Source: Piedraia hortae CBS 480.64 (Eukaryota). From it: a stretch of 64,000 nt of DNA. Shown here piece by piece: positions 33,243 to 44,643 of the stretch. The position numbers and the translations under genes were made by a program. Every line of letters begins with the position of its first letter. The first letter of the stretch is position 1. The notes below the pieces were generated by a model. It ran no database searches and was not told the DNA's origin. It saw nothing but the letters and a program-made list of their open reading frames with translations. Location: NCBI GenBank assembly GCA_010093745.1, contig MU006023.1:1-64000 (forward strand), given 5' to 3'.

Positions 33243-35693
33243 TCATGTGGGCTCGCTCCAGTCAACCTGCTCTACCTTCTCGACCCCGTTTCTCGTATAC
33301 ATGATGCGTAGCCTCAATCGTAATCGCTTGGGCGCTTCCTGTAACCGTTGTTAGCATTTTCACAGTAGTCAAACAATTAGAATACGTACCCCATCATTAC
33401 CGCTAACTCGCATTTGCTGTGTGGCTTCCTTACCACCCAGCAGTTCACTCGAAGAGATTGCCTGCAGCTGTAGCTTCTGGGATTTGGGGACGGCTGCCTG
33501 CATGTTTAGGTTGGAAAACGTGGCTGTGCCCTTGTTGATGAATCTCGCATTGGCCTGCACTGCTTGCGCACTTTTTTGTATTGTGAATGTTATGAGGAGA
33601 TCGTCTTTATCATAAGCCGGATGCCCTGCCGGCTCCTTGCCATTGGCCACGGGACCAGCAGGTGTTGTGGATTCTCCGCTGTCGAGAAGGTCCATGATTC
33701 CCGCCGCAGCAGACTTTTGTTGAGGCTGCTGCTGCTGTTGTGGGGGCACCTCGCCCAGAATGTCTGCTAACAGGTCGGCGTTATTTTGAGTTGTTGGGGC
33801 AATTGGAGTACTTTCACCCATCAGGTCCAACAGCATGTCCTGTTCGGCGACTTTGCTAGGCTTGCTCTTCCTCTTCGTCTTTTTCTCGCCAAGGACCTTC
33901 TTCTCTTCTCTTATTTCGGGCGGAGGCATGCGCTCCAATGCACCCTTTCGGACATGGTCATAGGCGAACAGGTTTCCGTACTCTACCGCGCGCTGCTGCA
34001 CTTCCACATCGAGATCTGTCTGTCTCTTTAGGAGTAGCCTCCGTAACCGCTCAATCTGGGCTGGCTCCTGCAATCTGGTAGTGAGTTTCATAGCTGCCGT
34101 GATTATGTACTGTGTAACCACTTGCCCAGCATGCCCAGAGCTCAGTATGGTGATGAAGAGATCAACAACCTCGTTTTCACTGACCGGCGACTGGCCTTCA
34201 CTAGACTCGCCTCGTAGAAGTCCATCGCCATATTCGCCAATGACCCATGCACCGGCCAAATTTAAGCCCTCTTGCCCAACATCCTCCTGCAAAAGCTGGA
34301 ACAGGCGATGTGCGCAGTACGTCTGCAGCTCTGGGCTGGTAGCAATCAAGCGCACAAAGGAAGAAAGGATCTGCTCCTTGACAAAGTTTCCGGCAAGTTT
34401 GAGGACGCGAAGCATGGTATCAACATGCCACCTCTTGCTCGGGGCAAAGCGATCAGCCGCAATTCCAAGCTGCGAAGTCATTATGGGCTTGAACTCGGCA
34501 TCTGCGATTTCCAAAAAGGCAAGCAGTTCGCGTACAAGAACGCGGATGTTAGACTCGTTAATCAAAGTAAAGCTGAGGTCTAGAGCTCTCCGACGAATGC
34601 TGATGTCTGGGTCACGTAAGCAATCGAGGATGGTGTTTCGATGCCGTTGGACCGCATTAGGTTCAATAGCAACGACTTTGAGAAGAGTATTTAGCGCAAC
34701 ATAACGGATATTGTTGTCCTTGTTGGCTAGGAACTTGCCGAGTATGTTCACGCCCAGCACTCTCAGACCGGAATCGGCCTCGATGTCGAGAATGGTCAGC
34801 ACTGCCTCGTAGAGAATTGAATTTCCCACATTCTTAGAGGACTCGGTGTTGGTGGCCACCTGGGCGAGGATGTCGTTTACTTGCTCGCTGGTCTCGACGT
34901 CTCCTCTTGCCAGGGATCGCAGCAGTTTCAGGATCTTTACCTGCAGGAAGGGATCTGTGATACCCGTAACATCATGCTCTGGTGCATAGCCCGACTGTGA
35001 GAGAGACTTGAGCACCTTCACCAGACTCCCCGTCACCGGGCGGAACATCTCGGTCACACCGAGCTCGCCACCTTCCTCCTGATCGGCCTCACACAGGCTC
35101 TCGACCAGCGTTACGCCGCAGAGCAAGACGCCATGATTGCGGTCGCTCAACATGAGCTTAGCCTTCTCCAGGAAGTGCTCGGCCAGGTCAGGCACTTTGC
35201 TACAGATGCGCATGGCGCACAGGGCCGCTTTTCGGCGGATATACGGGTTCGTGCTGCCCATGATGTTCTCAACCTCGGGGAACAGGTCCCGGCTCATCTC
35301 TACGCCTGCAATATTGCCCAACGTGCACAGAGCTAGGCCCACAATGTACTGGTTGCTGTGGTTTAAGTCATTCTGCAAGCTGTTCGTCACCAGAGTGAGC
35401 ACCTCCTGGTTCTCGTCCAATAGCAACATTGTGCCCAGGTATCCCAGCCGCTTATCGGCGAACCGGGGCGAGGCCAGCAGCTTCAGACACTCAATCTGGC
35501 CAAAATGGGTCCGCTCGCCCAGCGTAAAGAGGTAGAGTAGCTTGGCGACATTGTTCCGGCGCACATCGCTATTGTGAGACTCCTCCCGGAAGCTGGCTCG
35601 AATGGCGGCGCTCTCCTTTTGCACCACAGCGCGCTCGTCGGCAATGGTCTTGGCAGCCCGCACGTTGCGGATGAACTGCTTCAACGAGGACAT
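33243..35693 (-). CDS. APL4: AP-1 adaptor complex gamma subunit
   Basis: MSSLKQFIRNVRAAKTIADERAVVQKESAAIR, THFGQIECLKLL, DPFLQVKIL and an ear domain. One terminal intron (about 33339-33389) precedes the last exon ending EQVDWSEPT*. Confidence 0.96.
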
Positions 35694-36091
35694 GGCTAAG
35701 CGCAAGTATCAAGGTCGTGTCAGGTTGAAGCTACAGGGCTGCGGCCCGGATCCTTGTTTATGGGACGAACATGGCACTGCCCTTGGAAGCATTCCTCTTC
35801 TCCGTGCGTGTGATTACCCTTACCCTAATGCACGTCATTTGTGCCAAGTGTCGGTCTTTCACCGCACCTTGAACTCACACCGAGAATTCTGCTATTGGAC
35901 TCCGAAGAATATTATTGCTTTGAAAACTGGAGACAAGTATCAACTAGTCTAAAGTTTCTATCTCTTGGACATCCTCATCTTTTTCCCAAACGCCACGCAA
36001 AACCGATTTGTATCTGATTGAAAACGCCAAGCCTTGAATTTGTACCATGGATAGTCCCCCTTCCTCGAAAACACCATGCGCCAAGGATAAT

Positions 36092-38194
36092 CTAAACTCC
36101 ATCACGATGCCACTTCGCTTCGTGAGGATAATCCCGGTCCCTCAGTAACTCCAGATTAGGTATGGGTTTGCCGTCGTCGGGCCCGCCCTTGTTCAAACCA
36201 AAATCAATAAGCAGCACCCTTCCATCCTGGCTGGTTGCCACAATGCGTCTGTAGTCGGACTTGGCAGCGAGCATCCAGGAAGTTGTCCATTCGGCAGCGC
36301 GCCAGATCTCTTCACCCGTGGCAAAGTCGTAAACTCGGACATCGAGGTCATAGGATCCAGACACGACACGGTTGTTGGCACTATCCAGCCATAGAGAACG
36401 GACAAGCTGGGTGTGACCGGTAAACTGCTGTTCTTCGAAACCCGAGTCAACCTCGAATTTGTAGGTAATGTGGTCGTTGCCGCCGGCCAAGACGTACTGC
36501 ATGTCTTCGGAAAACTCGACAGCTGCGAGCCCTCGCTCTTTGGCAGTGAATTCCTTGACCAACTTCATCGTAGAAATGTCCCACAGTCGAGCTACGCCAT
36601 CGCCACTAGCGCTGACGAGCATCTTACCGCGGAGCTGAATTGCGTTGACAGGGCCTCGATGGGCGAGCAGCTCGCCTTTGTACTTGAAAGTCGCACGATC
36701 CCAGACAATAATGCGCGAATCCTTGGCGCAGGAGACAATGTGTTTTGTGTCCAGAGCAACGTCAAGCACGCCCCCCGTGTGCCGGCTGAGACGCGTAATG
36801 GGCTCGTACGTCTTGATATCCCACACAATCAAACTCGAGTCAGAAGAGCCCGTGATGAGAATCTCCTCGTCGTACTGCAGACACAAAACACTGGCATCAT
36901 GCCAATACTTGGGCACATGGAATATGGCGTCTCCTCGCGGGGTTCCATTTACGCTGGCTGTGGCCTTGTGGAAATGGGGATAGTCGACGGTTCGCAGCAC
37001 TTTGGGCAGAGAAACAGGCTTGGCAGCAGGGCCACCAATAACACGGATGCACTCGTACGTGTTAGTGTCCCACACACGGATTGTGCGATCCCGAGAGCCC
37101 GTGATGATCTTGTTCTCGTCAAACTGCACACAGTAGACGCTATCGGTGTGTCCTGACAGATAGATGGCCTTGCCCGCACCCCGTGCACCTTGCCGCCAGT
37201 TGTAATCGAGCTGTTTACGGGCCAGGAACATCTTCTTCCATTGCTGCATCGGCTGGTTCGATCTGCCGGCTCCGCAACCGCCTACCTGGACAGGCGGCGG
37301 AATGGAGGGAACACGGCGACCGTAGTTTCTGAGAAATAGGCTGCGCCAGATACAAGAGTCTTCGGTGATGGCCCTCCACTTGCGCGACACAAGCTGGACG
37401 GATGAAAGATCAGAACCGCCCAGGAAGCCAAATATGTGTAGCAGAATCTCATCAGGCATCAAATCAACAAAGTCGTGTCGCGGGGTTGGTGGCAGGTCCA
37501 CATCCATATCGTCATGCAACAACGAAAGGTCCGGGCGAGTCAGATCGGTGCCGCTGTCGGCCGCGCTGCCAATCGACCCCACACGTGTTCTGCGGGGATA
37601 CGATTCCATCCATCTTGTCTGACTCTCACCAACAGACGAGTTGTGGGCCGCGGCTGCCCTGCGAGCATCGTCGCCGCCGGGTACAAATGAGCCATTGGTG
37701 GCAGGGGCTGGTGTATCTCTGCGATCGCCCAGGAGGACTTGGCGGAATCTGCGCGTTCCCGATCGCTTGGGTACGCCCCCTGCCGCAGGATTATTCGCAT
37801 CGGCGGCGACATCTTCCCGCGGCAAGCTCTGCAGCCGCATGCGACCCGTTGTGACGTGCTTGGACAGCCCTTCCCTTAGGCCGCTGTACTTCTTGGACAG
37901 CGTTCTGCCCAGTTGCCGCGCGTGCTGCTCAATATGCGCAATCGCCTGTTCCGAATCGCGCTTTTGTACAGAGCCCCGTCGGTGTCGTGTGGATTGCTGC
38001 GGAGGAGACAGCGCAGCGGCGCAGGGCGGACTTTGTGGGCCGGATATCGCCTTGGACGACTGCTTGCGGTGATGGTGAGGGTCGTCTGCATGAAGGGCAG
38101 AAGACGAGGCGACCGGATGGCGCACAAGCGTAGCAAGAGGTAGGCGCGATGGCGGAGTGGTAGGTTTACACCGAGGCTGGAGCGCGCTGGCCAT
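36092..38194 (-). CDS. fwd-1: F-box/WD40 protein, beta-TrCP/FWD-1-like
   Basis: F-box (MPDEILLHIFGFL…VSRKWR) followed by WD repeats (GHTDSVYCVQFDENKIITGSRDRTIRVWD, HDASVLCLQYD, HRGPVNAIQ). Confidence 0.85.
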   Translation of the reverse strand: MASALQPRCKPTTPPSRLPLATLVRHPVASSSALHADDPHHHRKQSSKAISGPQSPPCAAALSPPQQSTRHRRGSVQKRDSEQAIAHIEQHARQLGRTLSKKYSGLREGLSKHVTTGRMRLQSLPREDVAADANNPAAGGVPKRSGTRRFRQVLLGDRRDTPAPATNGSFVPGGDDARRAAAAHNSSVGESQTRWMESYPRRTRVGSIGSAADSGTDLTRPDLSLLHDDMDVDLPPTPRHDFVDLMPDEILLHIFGFLGGSDLSSVQLVSRKWRAITEDSCIWRSLFLRNYGRRVPSIPPPVQVGGCGAGRSNQPMQQWKKMFLARKQLDYNWRQGARGAGKAIYLSGHTDSVYCVQFDENKIITGSRDRTIRVWDTNTYECIRVIGGPAAKPVSLPKVLRTVDYPHFHKATASVNGTPRGDAIFHVPKYWHDASVLCLQYDEEILITGSSDSSLIVWDIKTYEPITRLSRHTGGVLDVALDTKHIVSCAKDSRIIVWDRATFKYKGELLAHRGPVNAIQLRGKMLVSASGDGVARLWDISTMKLVKEFTAKERGLAAVEFSEDMQYVLAGGNDHITYKFEVDSGFEEQQFTGHTQLVRSLWLDSANNRVVSGSYDLDVRVYDFATGEEIWRAAEWTTSWMLAAKSDYRRIVATSQDGRVLLIDFGLNKGGPDDGKPIPNLELLRDRDYPHEAKWHRDGV

Positions 38195-38669
38195 GACTAG
38201 ATTCTCCAGTCTCCCTGGCCGCGGCGACTGACACGAACGCCGCGGCTGTGGGCTCTGAGCTAGTGTGGCTGGTATGGTGGTGACGTGGGTCGCAAAGGCA
38301 ATCCGTCTGTCAAAAGGAGTCGAGGGCGGCACGGGAGCGGGAGTGGCGCAGCACCGGCGTTAGCGCGTGTCGTAGCGTGCAATAGCGCGTTGTAGCGTGT
38401 CCCGGCAGCGTGCACCACCGCGTGGTCGTGACGAGATCGGCCTTGCGACGGGATTCTGCCCGGCGTTTAAGACATTGACAGCATCCACACACTTTCCCGC
38501 TAGGAAACCCTTACACCAGATTTATCTTCCCCCATGTGTCAAGTGCGGAGTCGCCGCACGTCAGTGCTGCATAAAGGTGACCCACACCGGGAAGGAGACG
38601 TCGTTCCGTTTTCAGCCGTCACGTGAATCACTTTGAAGCGACACGACGTGTCCAGCGACAGCAGAGGAC

Positions 38670-39095
38670 ATGGTCAAGACGCCGTTGGCCTACCGCTTGT
38701 TTTTTCTCCATATCGAGCCCGTTGCCACATTTGCCGGTGCCGTTGTCGCCTTCTTCTCCCAAAATTGGTACTACCATGGCTCCGACCCCACTCTGGCTAC
38801 TGCGCCCGTCTCCGCCCGTGAGCAAATAGTAGCGAACCAGCTGGCCAACATGTACATGGTCTTTGCCCTCAACGAGGCGCTCGTGCTACGCGCCACGTCC
38901 AGTCGTCGCATCTGGTCTGTGCTGCTCTTCGGCCTCCTCCTGGCCGACTTGGGCCACCTTTACAGCGTCCACCCGGCCGGCCCCGACGTCTATTGGCGCT
39001 TCTGGGATTGGAACAGTCTTTATTGGGGCCACATTGGCTTTGTATACGCGGGTGCCTCCTTGCGCGTGGCCTACTTGCTTGGCGTGGGTTTGTGA
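38670..39095 (+). CDS. Small conserved fungal multi-pass membrane protein
   Basis: 141-aa ORF with hydrophobic helices and the motifs FLHIEP, QLANMY..FALNEALVLR and LLADLGHL. Confidence 0.75.
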   Translation: MVKTPLAYRLFFLHIEPVATFAGAVVAFFSQNWYYHGSDPTLATAPVSAREQIVANQLANMYMVFALNEALVLRATSSRRIWSVLLFGLLLADLGHLYSVHPAGPDVYWRFWDWNSLYWGHIGFVYAGASLRVAYLLGVGL

Positions 39096-39145
39096 GGGAA
39101 TGTTCCGCTAAGTCGCTTTGAGCCGCGCTCGAGAACGGTAGCCGT

Positions 39146-40540
39146 TCAAACAATGTACTTCTTCAACCCCCTCAGCCTTTGTTTGGCCTTTTCTAGCACC
39201 TCGTCGTCTTTGCAGACAGCAAATCTCAGCCAATCTTCTACAATATGAGCGTTGGCATCGGTGAAGAACTCGGTGGGCGGCACAGCCGCAACGCCAAGCT
39301 CCTTGATGAGGAACCAGCTGAGCTTAAAGTCCCTTGGTCGACTCGCTACATGTGGTGGAAATTCATAGTCTTCCGGCAGCTTCACCTTTGCCAGGTTGGC
39401 CATTACAAAATACCCGCCCTCTGGATCGGAGTAAGGCAGGCCGAGCTCCTGCCAAATCTCGTTGAACCTGTCCATCTTGGCCTTCATATCCCGCTTGGAT
39501 TGTTCCCAAAAATTGTGTTGATCAGCCTGCTCAAAGGCTACCGCTGTTGCCTCCTGAAGGGGAGACACGGATGAGTAACAGATGCGTGTATGCGCCGCAC
39601 TGACATACTTGATCAAGTGCTCGGGGCCAATGAGCCATCCCACACGCCAGCCGGTGGCGTAAAAGTTCTTGCCGCCGCTGCCCACAGTCAGCGTGATGTT
39701 GGCCACCTCCGGGCTGAGATTGGCCACACGGGTGAATGGCACATAGTACAGGCGATCGTAGACTTCGTCGGACACAATGATGATGTTGTTTTTGACACAG
39801 ATATCTGCAACGGCTTGGAGCTCTTCTTTGCTGAAAACTTTGCCGATGGGGTTATGTGGACTGTTCAACACCAACATACGTGTGCGATCAGTGACGGCTG
39901 CCTTGAGCTCGTCCAAGTTAAGTGTCCAATCGGCTGCCGAGGTAGTCATTGTAGCTCCATTTTTGGGGGGATGCAACGGTACGTAGACAACCTTGCCGCC
40001 AGGCATTTCAATATTGGAAATGTACTGGTCGAAAAAAGGCTCCATGACAATCACTTCATCACCTTGTTCTATAAACCCCATGAAAGCAGACAACATGCCT
40101 TCATTAGCCCCAGTTGTGACTGTGACTTCTGTCTCTTGGTTGATGGTCCTTCCAAAGAGAGGTGAGTAGGCATCAGCAATCGCCTTTTTCAGCCGAGGAC
40201 GTCCCTACCAAGGCGTATGAGCTCGGTCTACGTACGATTGTGTAAGACGCACCTTGGTGGGCGAGTATTGATTGCACTCAACCTTTCCCAGTGCGTCTCT
40301 CGCTGCATCAAGCACAAATTCGGGCGGATTATACCCAAAGAATCCTTGGCCCATGTTCACGACGCTGTTTGCCCCATGTGCCTCGTTGTAGGCGGCAGCA
40401 GCTTCGTTGACGATGGTCCACACATCCGGACGTTGCCCAGCCACGCGGGCAGCGGGTTTGGGATAGTTGTTCATTGAGTATAGTCTACGAGAAGCGTTTC
40501 TCGTTGCAGTTATCAAAGGTCTCGTTATCAGTGACGGCAT
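39146..40540 (-). CDS. BNA3: Kynurenine/glutamine aminotransferase class I (Bna3-like)
   Basis: NMGQGFF, NQYSPTK|GRPRL, EPFFDQY, NSPHNPIGK, SDEVY and GKNFYATGWRVGW; intron 40205-40252; two in-frame ATGs (40540 and 40474). Confidence 0.92.
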
Positions 40541-40685
40541 GTTTTGGCTTGGCGGACAAGGAACTTTTTCATCACGTGAACATGTATATGGCTGAATCAG
40601 CGACGTCACTGCACACCACATTCGGGTTTGGAGGGAGGGCAAGCAATTAAAGGGGAAATTGTTTACAACGCGATAGATAATAACT

Positions 40686-42518
40686 ATGCTTTCTCCTATG
40701 GACCGCTTCATGAATCTCATGGGGGGAGAAGATAATCTTCCGAGCATGCCCAAAGAAGAACTGCCCAAAGTAGGAGCTCCCAAAGCGGAACTTCCCAAAG
40801 TAGAACCACCCAAAGAGCAACCAATAGCAGACACTGCCGCGCCGACAAAGATAAACTCCGGGTTTCAATCGCTCGAAAAAGTTGATGATTTCCTTACGGC
40901 TAACCCGCAGCCTGCACCGAGTTACGAGGGACGCCGTTCCATGGCGCCTAAAGAGCAGCCTGCCAAGACCGCACATGCCACTTCGATGCAGAAGCCTCCC
41001 AGACATACAACAAACAATGGATTTCGCCCACCCCAGGCTGGGACTTGTTTCACACCCTTCAGTGCCCTTACCAAATTTCCCTATCGTTACGTCGCCAAAG
41101 AACACATGCAGCCGATAGCAAGTGCCTTTTTCGATGGAGGAAAAATCCACGAGCGTGATTGGAGTGTATACTACATGTGGATTGACAGCTATCCTACTCC
41201 CAAGCCCACTCCGTTCGTTCCCGAAAAAGAAGTCGCCCAGTTGATGGACGAAATTAATAAAAAGTTCCCCAAGGTTCGCATTGACCAGGAAAGGCTGCGT
41301 CGTCAAGGTGTATTTGTCGATTTCAACGGGCCAGAAGATTACCGTCCTCGTTGGCTAGGTTGTTCAACGACCAGAACAGAGTTCACAGATCTCATAGATA
41401 GCGTGACCGAGCTGGATAATGTGGAGCCCATCGGTGAGAAAGAATGGGAAGACTTTGCGAAGAAAATGGACAATGCTGTGGCAGCCGGTCGCAATAAAGG
41501 TAAAGGAAAGCATCCGGCACCATCAGGTAATTCTGAGGCTACACCCCAACCAACTGCAAAGGAAAAGAAGGCAGCAGAGTCGAGCAAAATGGACCAACTC
41601 CGGGCTGCTCAACGCTACATGGGCCTTCCTCTCCCAGAACCTCCCAAGAGAGAACGCTTCCCCTTCGAAGGCGAGCCAATTCTCATCTGCGTCGACTGCG
41701 AGGCGTGGGAGGAATCACCTCGCCCGATGACCGAAGTCGGCGTTGCCACCCTCGACACGCGCCTACTCCGCGGCATAGACCCCGGCGTCGCAGCCCAAAA
41801 CTGGCAAAAGCTCATCAAACCCCGCCACTTCCGAATCCACGAGTGGAAACACGTTCAAAATAACAAGTTTACGAGCGGATGTCCCGACCGGTTCGAATTC
41901 GGTGAATCCGAGTTCGTAATGCTCAAAGACCTCAACAACCTACTCTCAAGCTGCTTCTCCCCACCTTACTCAAACTTCAAAGGCACCCTCCCCGGCGAGG
42001 AGCAAGAAAAAGGAAGCGAAGCATCCCTCGAACGCCGCAAAATCGTCCTTGTAGGCCACGACATCGCTTCGGATATCAACTACCTCATCAAAAACAACTT
42101 CAACCCGTTCGGAATGGGTAACGTCATCGACACGCTCGATACGGCGAAAATCTTCCAGGGTTGGAAGAAAGAAGCCAACCCGCGCGCTTTGTCGAAATGT
42201 CTTTGGGAATTTGAGATGGTGGGCTGGAATCTTCATAATGCAGGTAACGATGCGGTGTATACCCTTTGGGTCCTCATGGCTGTTGCGGTTGCTGAGGCGG
42301 AGGAGAGGAAGAAGGCTGAGGTGGAGAAGCCAAAAGAGGAGAAGGTTGTGGAGGAGACGGTGAAGAGTGAGGTAAAGGAAGAGAAGGGAAAGGAAAGGGA
42401 GACGGAGCCTGCTGCGAAACCTGTGTTTGGCCCCCCTAGGCCTCCAAAGGAAGAGAAAGAGCCGGAGAAGAAGAAGCCTAGGTTCTACCTCCGAGGGGGC
42501 GTGCCGCTTGATGTTTAG
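40686..42518 (+). CDS. qip: DEDDh exonuclease, QIP (QDE-2-interacting protein)/Gfd2-like
   Basis: N-terminal FTPFSALTKFPYRYV, then ICVDCEAWE, TEVGVATLDTR, HFRIHE, LVGHD and LHNAGNDA. Confidence 0.8.
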   Translation: MLSPMDRFMNLMGGEDNLPSMPKEELPKVGAPKAELPKVEPPKEQPIADTAAPTKINSGFQSLEKVDDFLTANPQPAPSYEGRRSMAPKEQPAKTAHATSMQKPPRHTTNNGFRPPQAGTCFTPFSALTKFPYRYVAKEHMQPIASAFFDGGKIHERDWSVYYMWIDSYPTPKPTPFVPEKEVAQLMDEINKKFPKVRIDQERLRRQGVFVDFNGPEDYRPRWLGCSTTRTEFTDLIDSVTELDNVEPIGEKEWEDFAKKMDNAVAAGRNKGKGKHPAPSGNSEATPQPTAKEKKAAESSKMDQLRAAQRYMGLPLPEPPKRERFPFEGEPILICVDCEAWEESPRPMTEVGVATLDTRLLRGIDPGVAAQNWQKLIKPRHFRIHEWKHVQNNKFTSGCPDRFEFGESEFVMLKDLNNLLSSCFSPPYSNFKGTLPGEEQEKGSEASLERRKIVLVGHDIASDINYLIKNNFNPFGMGNVIDTLDTAKIFQGWKKEANPRALSKCLWEFEMVGWNLHNAGNDAVYTLWVLMAVAVAEAEERKKAEVEKPKEEKVVEETVKSEVKEEKGKERETEPAAKPVFGPPRPPKEEKEPEKKKPRFYLRGGVPLDV

Positions 42519-42843
42519 GTCGGGTTTAAAGTGGTGTAGACACACTTCGTGCGTAGAGTTCTCTTTTTCCTCTAAATGCGAGCATGTAAAGGTATGAAGA
42601 TGTTAACAGTGCACGGATCACTTTGACTCAACACTGTTCGAGATCTGTGCAAATGTTTAGCTGTGTATACAACAATTCACGGTTCAGACCACATTACTGT
42701 GACGTGCAACCATACGAGTTGCACGTGAGAAAAGGGACGAAGTTACGAATAAACACTCATAAAGCGTACACCGAGAAGCTAAACAGCAAAGCGTATTCAA
42801 CATTCCCCATCAAGCCTCATAAGTATCCAAGATTCATACTCGT

Positions 42844-44643
42844 CTACCAACTAAACGCCTCTTCATAAAGATCAATTTCCGTCTTCTCGCAGCGTTCTCT
42901 ATGTGCGAACCTGACATCGTCCGCCAAGGAGCCGGTCCCACATACGCTGAGGGCCATGGCGCCGACTTGTTGGGCCTGGGCTTGGTCGATGAGGTTGCCC
43001 ACGTCTGGCTTGCCGGGGAACATCTGCACGCTGCTGGAGGGGGAGTGGATCTCCTTGGTGCTCCGCGGGCGGGTAACAAAGAGCTGGATCTTCAACACGT
43101 CCCGACGCTGATCCATGCCCAAGATCCCCGTCATCCAGGGACGGATCCATTCAAGGTGCTCGGGCGAACGGATGATCCAGACGAGAATCACCTTCCGAGT
43201 TGCACAGGTCCCGTTGGCGTAGGCTGAGACCAGGTCTCGAACATGCGGGACTTGGTGAGTAATGCCGATGCCCGCTGCAAAGAGCATTACCGTTCCGTAC
43301 GACTTGAATGACTGAGAACCATAGGGCCCTTCGGCAAATGCCATGGTAACAAACTTTCCCCCAGTGGCCTCGGCTTTGCGAAATAGTCGGTCCGTCAGAC
43401 CCGTTCTACGGCGACAGACCAAAGAAAGTGTGCGCGTGCGCGTTGGCGCCAAGTCTTGGCGAGCCAACGGCAGGGACTTCTCGTCAAAAAATTCAGTCTG
43501 CTCCTCGCTCCAAGCGACGCTGAAAGGATGGCTAGTCCACAGCCCAAGGGCGGGCAAGTAGAGGTATACATGCTGGCCTGGATGGAACTTCCACGGACGA
43601 GCCATGCGCAAAGTCACACGCACAGCATCACCAGGCAAGGCCTCAACTTCAGCCCTGGTAACGCCCTTGGAGATATTGGGATACATGATCTTGAACATGC
43701 GTGCAGCGCGCTCAAAGATCCAGAAGGCAACAGCAACAGCAAGCAGGGCTTGCTGAGGCAGACTCTTCAGATGCACCCACACAGCGACGGTTGCGATTAT
43801 GACGAGGATCTGGTGCACATGGAGGAATGTCTCGTAGAATGCATGCCGCAGAATAGATGGAGACTGCAACAGAATGGCGACAAAGGCCGCAGCACCGATG
43901 GTTCCCGTCAGAATCAGTTGGTTTTCGGCCATGGCCACTTCGATCATCATCCAGCCCTTTTTGGGACCCATGGTGGCTATCTTCCCCGTCATCCAAAAGG
44001 CCGCATGGCACACAGCCTCGCCGACAACAATACGCCCAATCCAGCGGTGAATAAGGTTGTACGAGTCGAAGCTGATGCCGAGGAGCCAGATCAAGGGGTT
44101 ATTCCGGCCAGCCAGAAGAAACAAAGGTATCATGTTTAGAGTAGCCAAGACACCCATACGATTGCGTGCATGGACCCACACAAGTTGGTTATTACTCCAC
44201 TGGATTGTGATGGCGGCAAACACAATGTTCATGGCGAGATAGCCGACCAAAAACAGAGTCTGCAGCCGGCCGGGAAGAGTGCCTACGTTGATGGCCTCTG
44301 AGAGATGAAATTCCCGATTGTGACGCTTCCGGATAAGAGGCGCATCTATGATGTGCTTCTTCATGGCAGCGTGCGAGTGATTGGGAATGCTAAAGTAGCG
44401 TTGCCGCCCATCGGCAGAGGTGCCATGGGTCAAATTGGCTAGTTTACGGATATGGTGCAGTAGGGTTGTGGTCCAACGATAGACCAAAAGGCCAAAAACG
44501 ATTGCCGCCCATACCACCGCCGTGTATTTGCAAATGGCGATGTTCTGGTAGTCAGCGGCCGTGGGGTGGTACTCTTCGTGCGCTCCTCCATGCGCTCCGC
44601 CATGCGCTCCGGGGGCCTCGCGCGAGACGAGGGGGGAATCCAT
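42844..44643 (-). CDS. Ferric/cupric reductase (FRE family)
   Basis: LAGRNNPL, HRWIGR, YETFLHVH, HPFS, EGPYG, AGIGIT, VCG.GSLADDVR and EEAFSW. Confidence 0.93.
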   Translation of the reverse strand: MDSPLVSREAPGAHGGAHGGAHEEYHPTAADYQNIAICKYTAVVWAAIVFGLLVYRWTTTLLHHIRKLANLTHGTSADGRQRYFSIPNHSHAAMKKHIIDAPLIRKRHNREFHLSEAINVGTLPGRLQTLFLVGYLAMNIVFAAITIQWSNNQLVWVHARNRMGVLATLNMIPLFLLAGRNNPLIWLLGISFDSYNLIHRWIGRIVVGEAVCHAAFWMTGKIATMGPKKGWMMIEVAMAENQLILTGTIGAAAFVAILLQSPSILRHAFYETFLHVHQILVIIATVAVWVHLKSLPQQALLAVAVAFWIFERAARMFKIMYPNISKGVTRAEVEALPGDAVRVTLRMARPWKFHPGQHVYLYLPALGLWTSHPFSVAWSEEQTEFFDEKSLPLARQDLAPTRTRTLSLVCRRRTGLTDRLFRKAEATGGKFVTMAFAEGPYGSQSFKSYGTVMLFAAGIGITHQVPHVRDLVSAYANGTCATRKVILVWIIRSPEHLEWIRPWMTGILGMDQRRDVLKIQLFVTRPRSTKEIHSPSSSVQMFPGKPDVGNLIDQAQAQQVGAMALSVCGTGSLADDVRFAHRERCEKTEIDLYEEAFSW

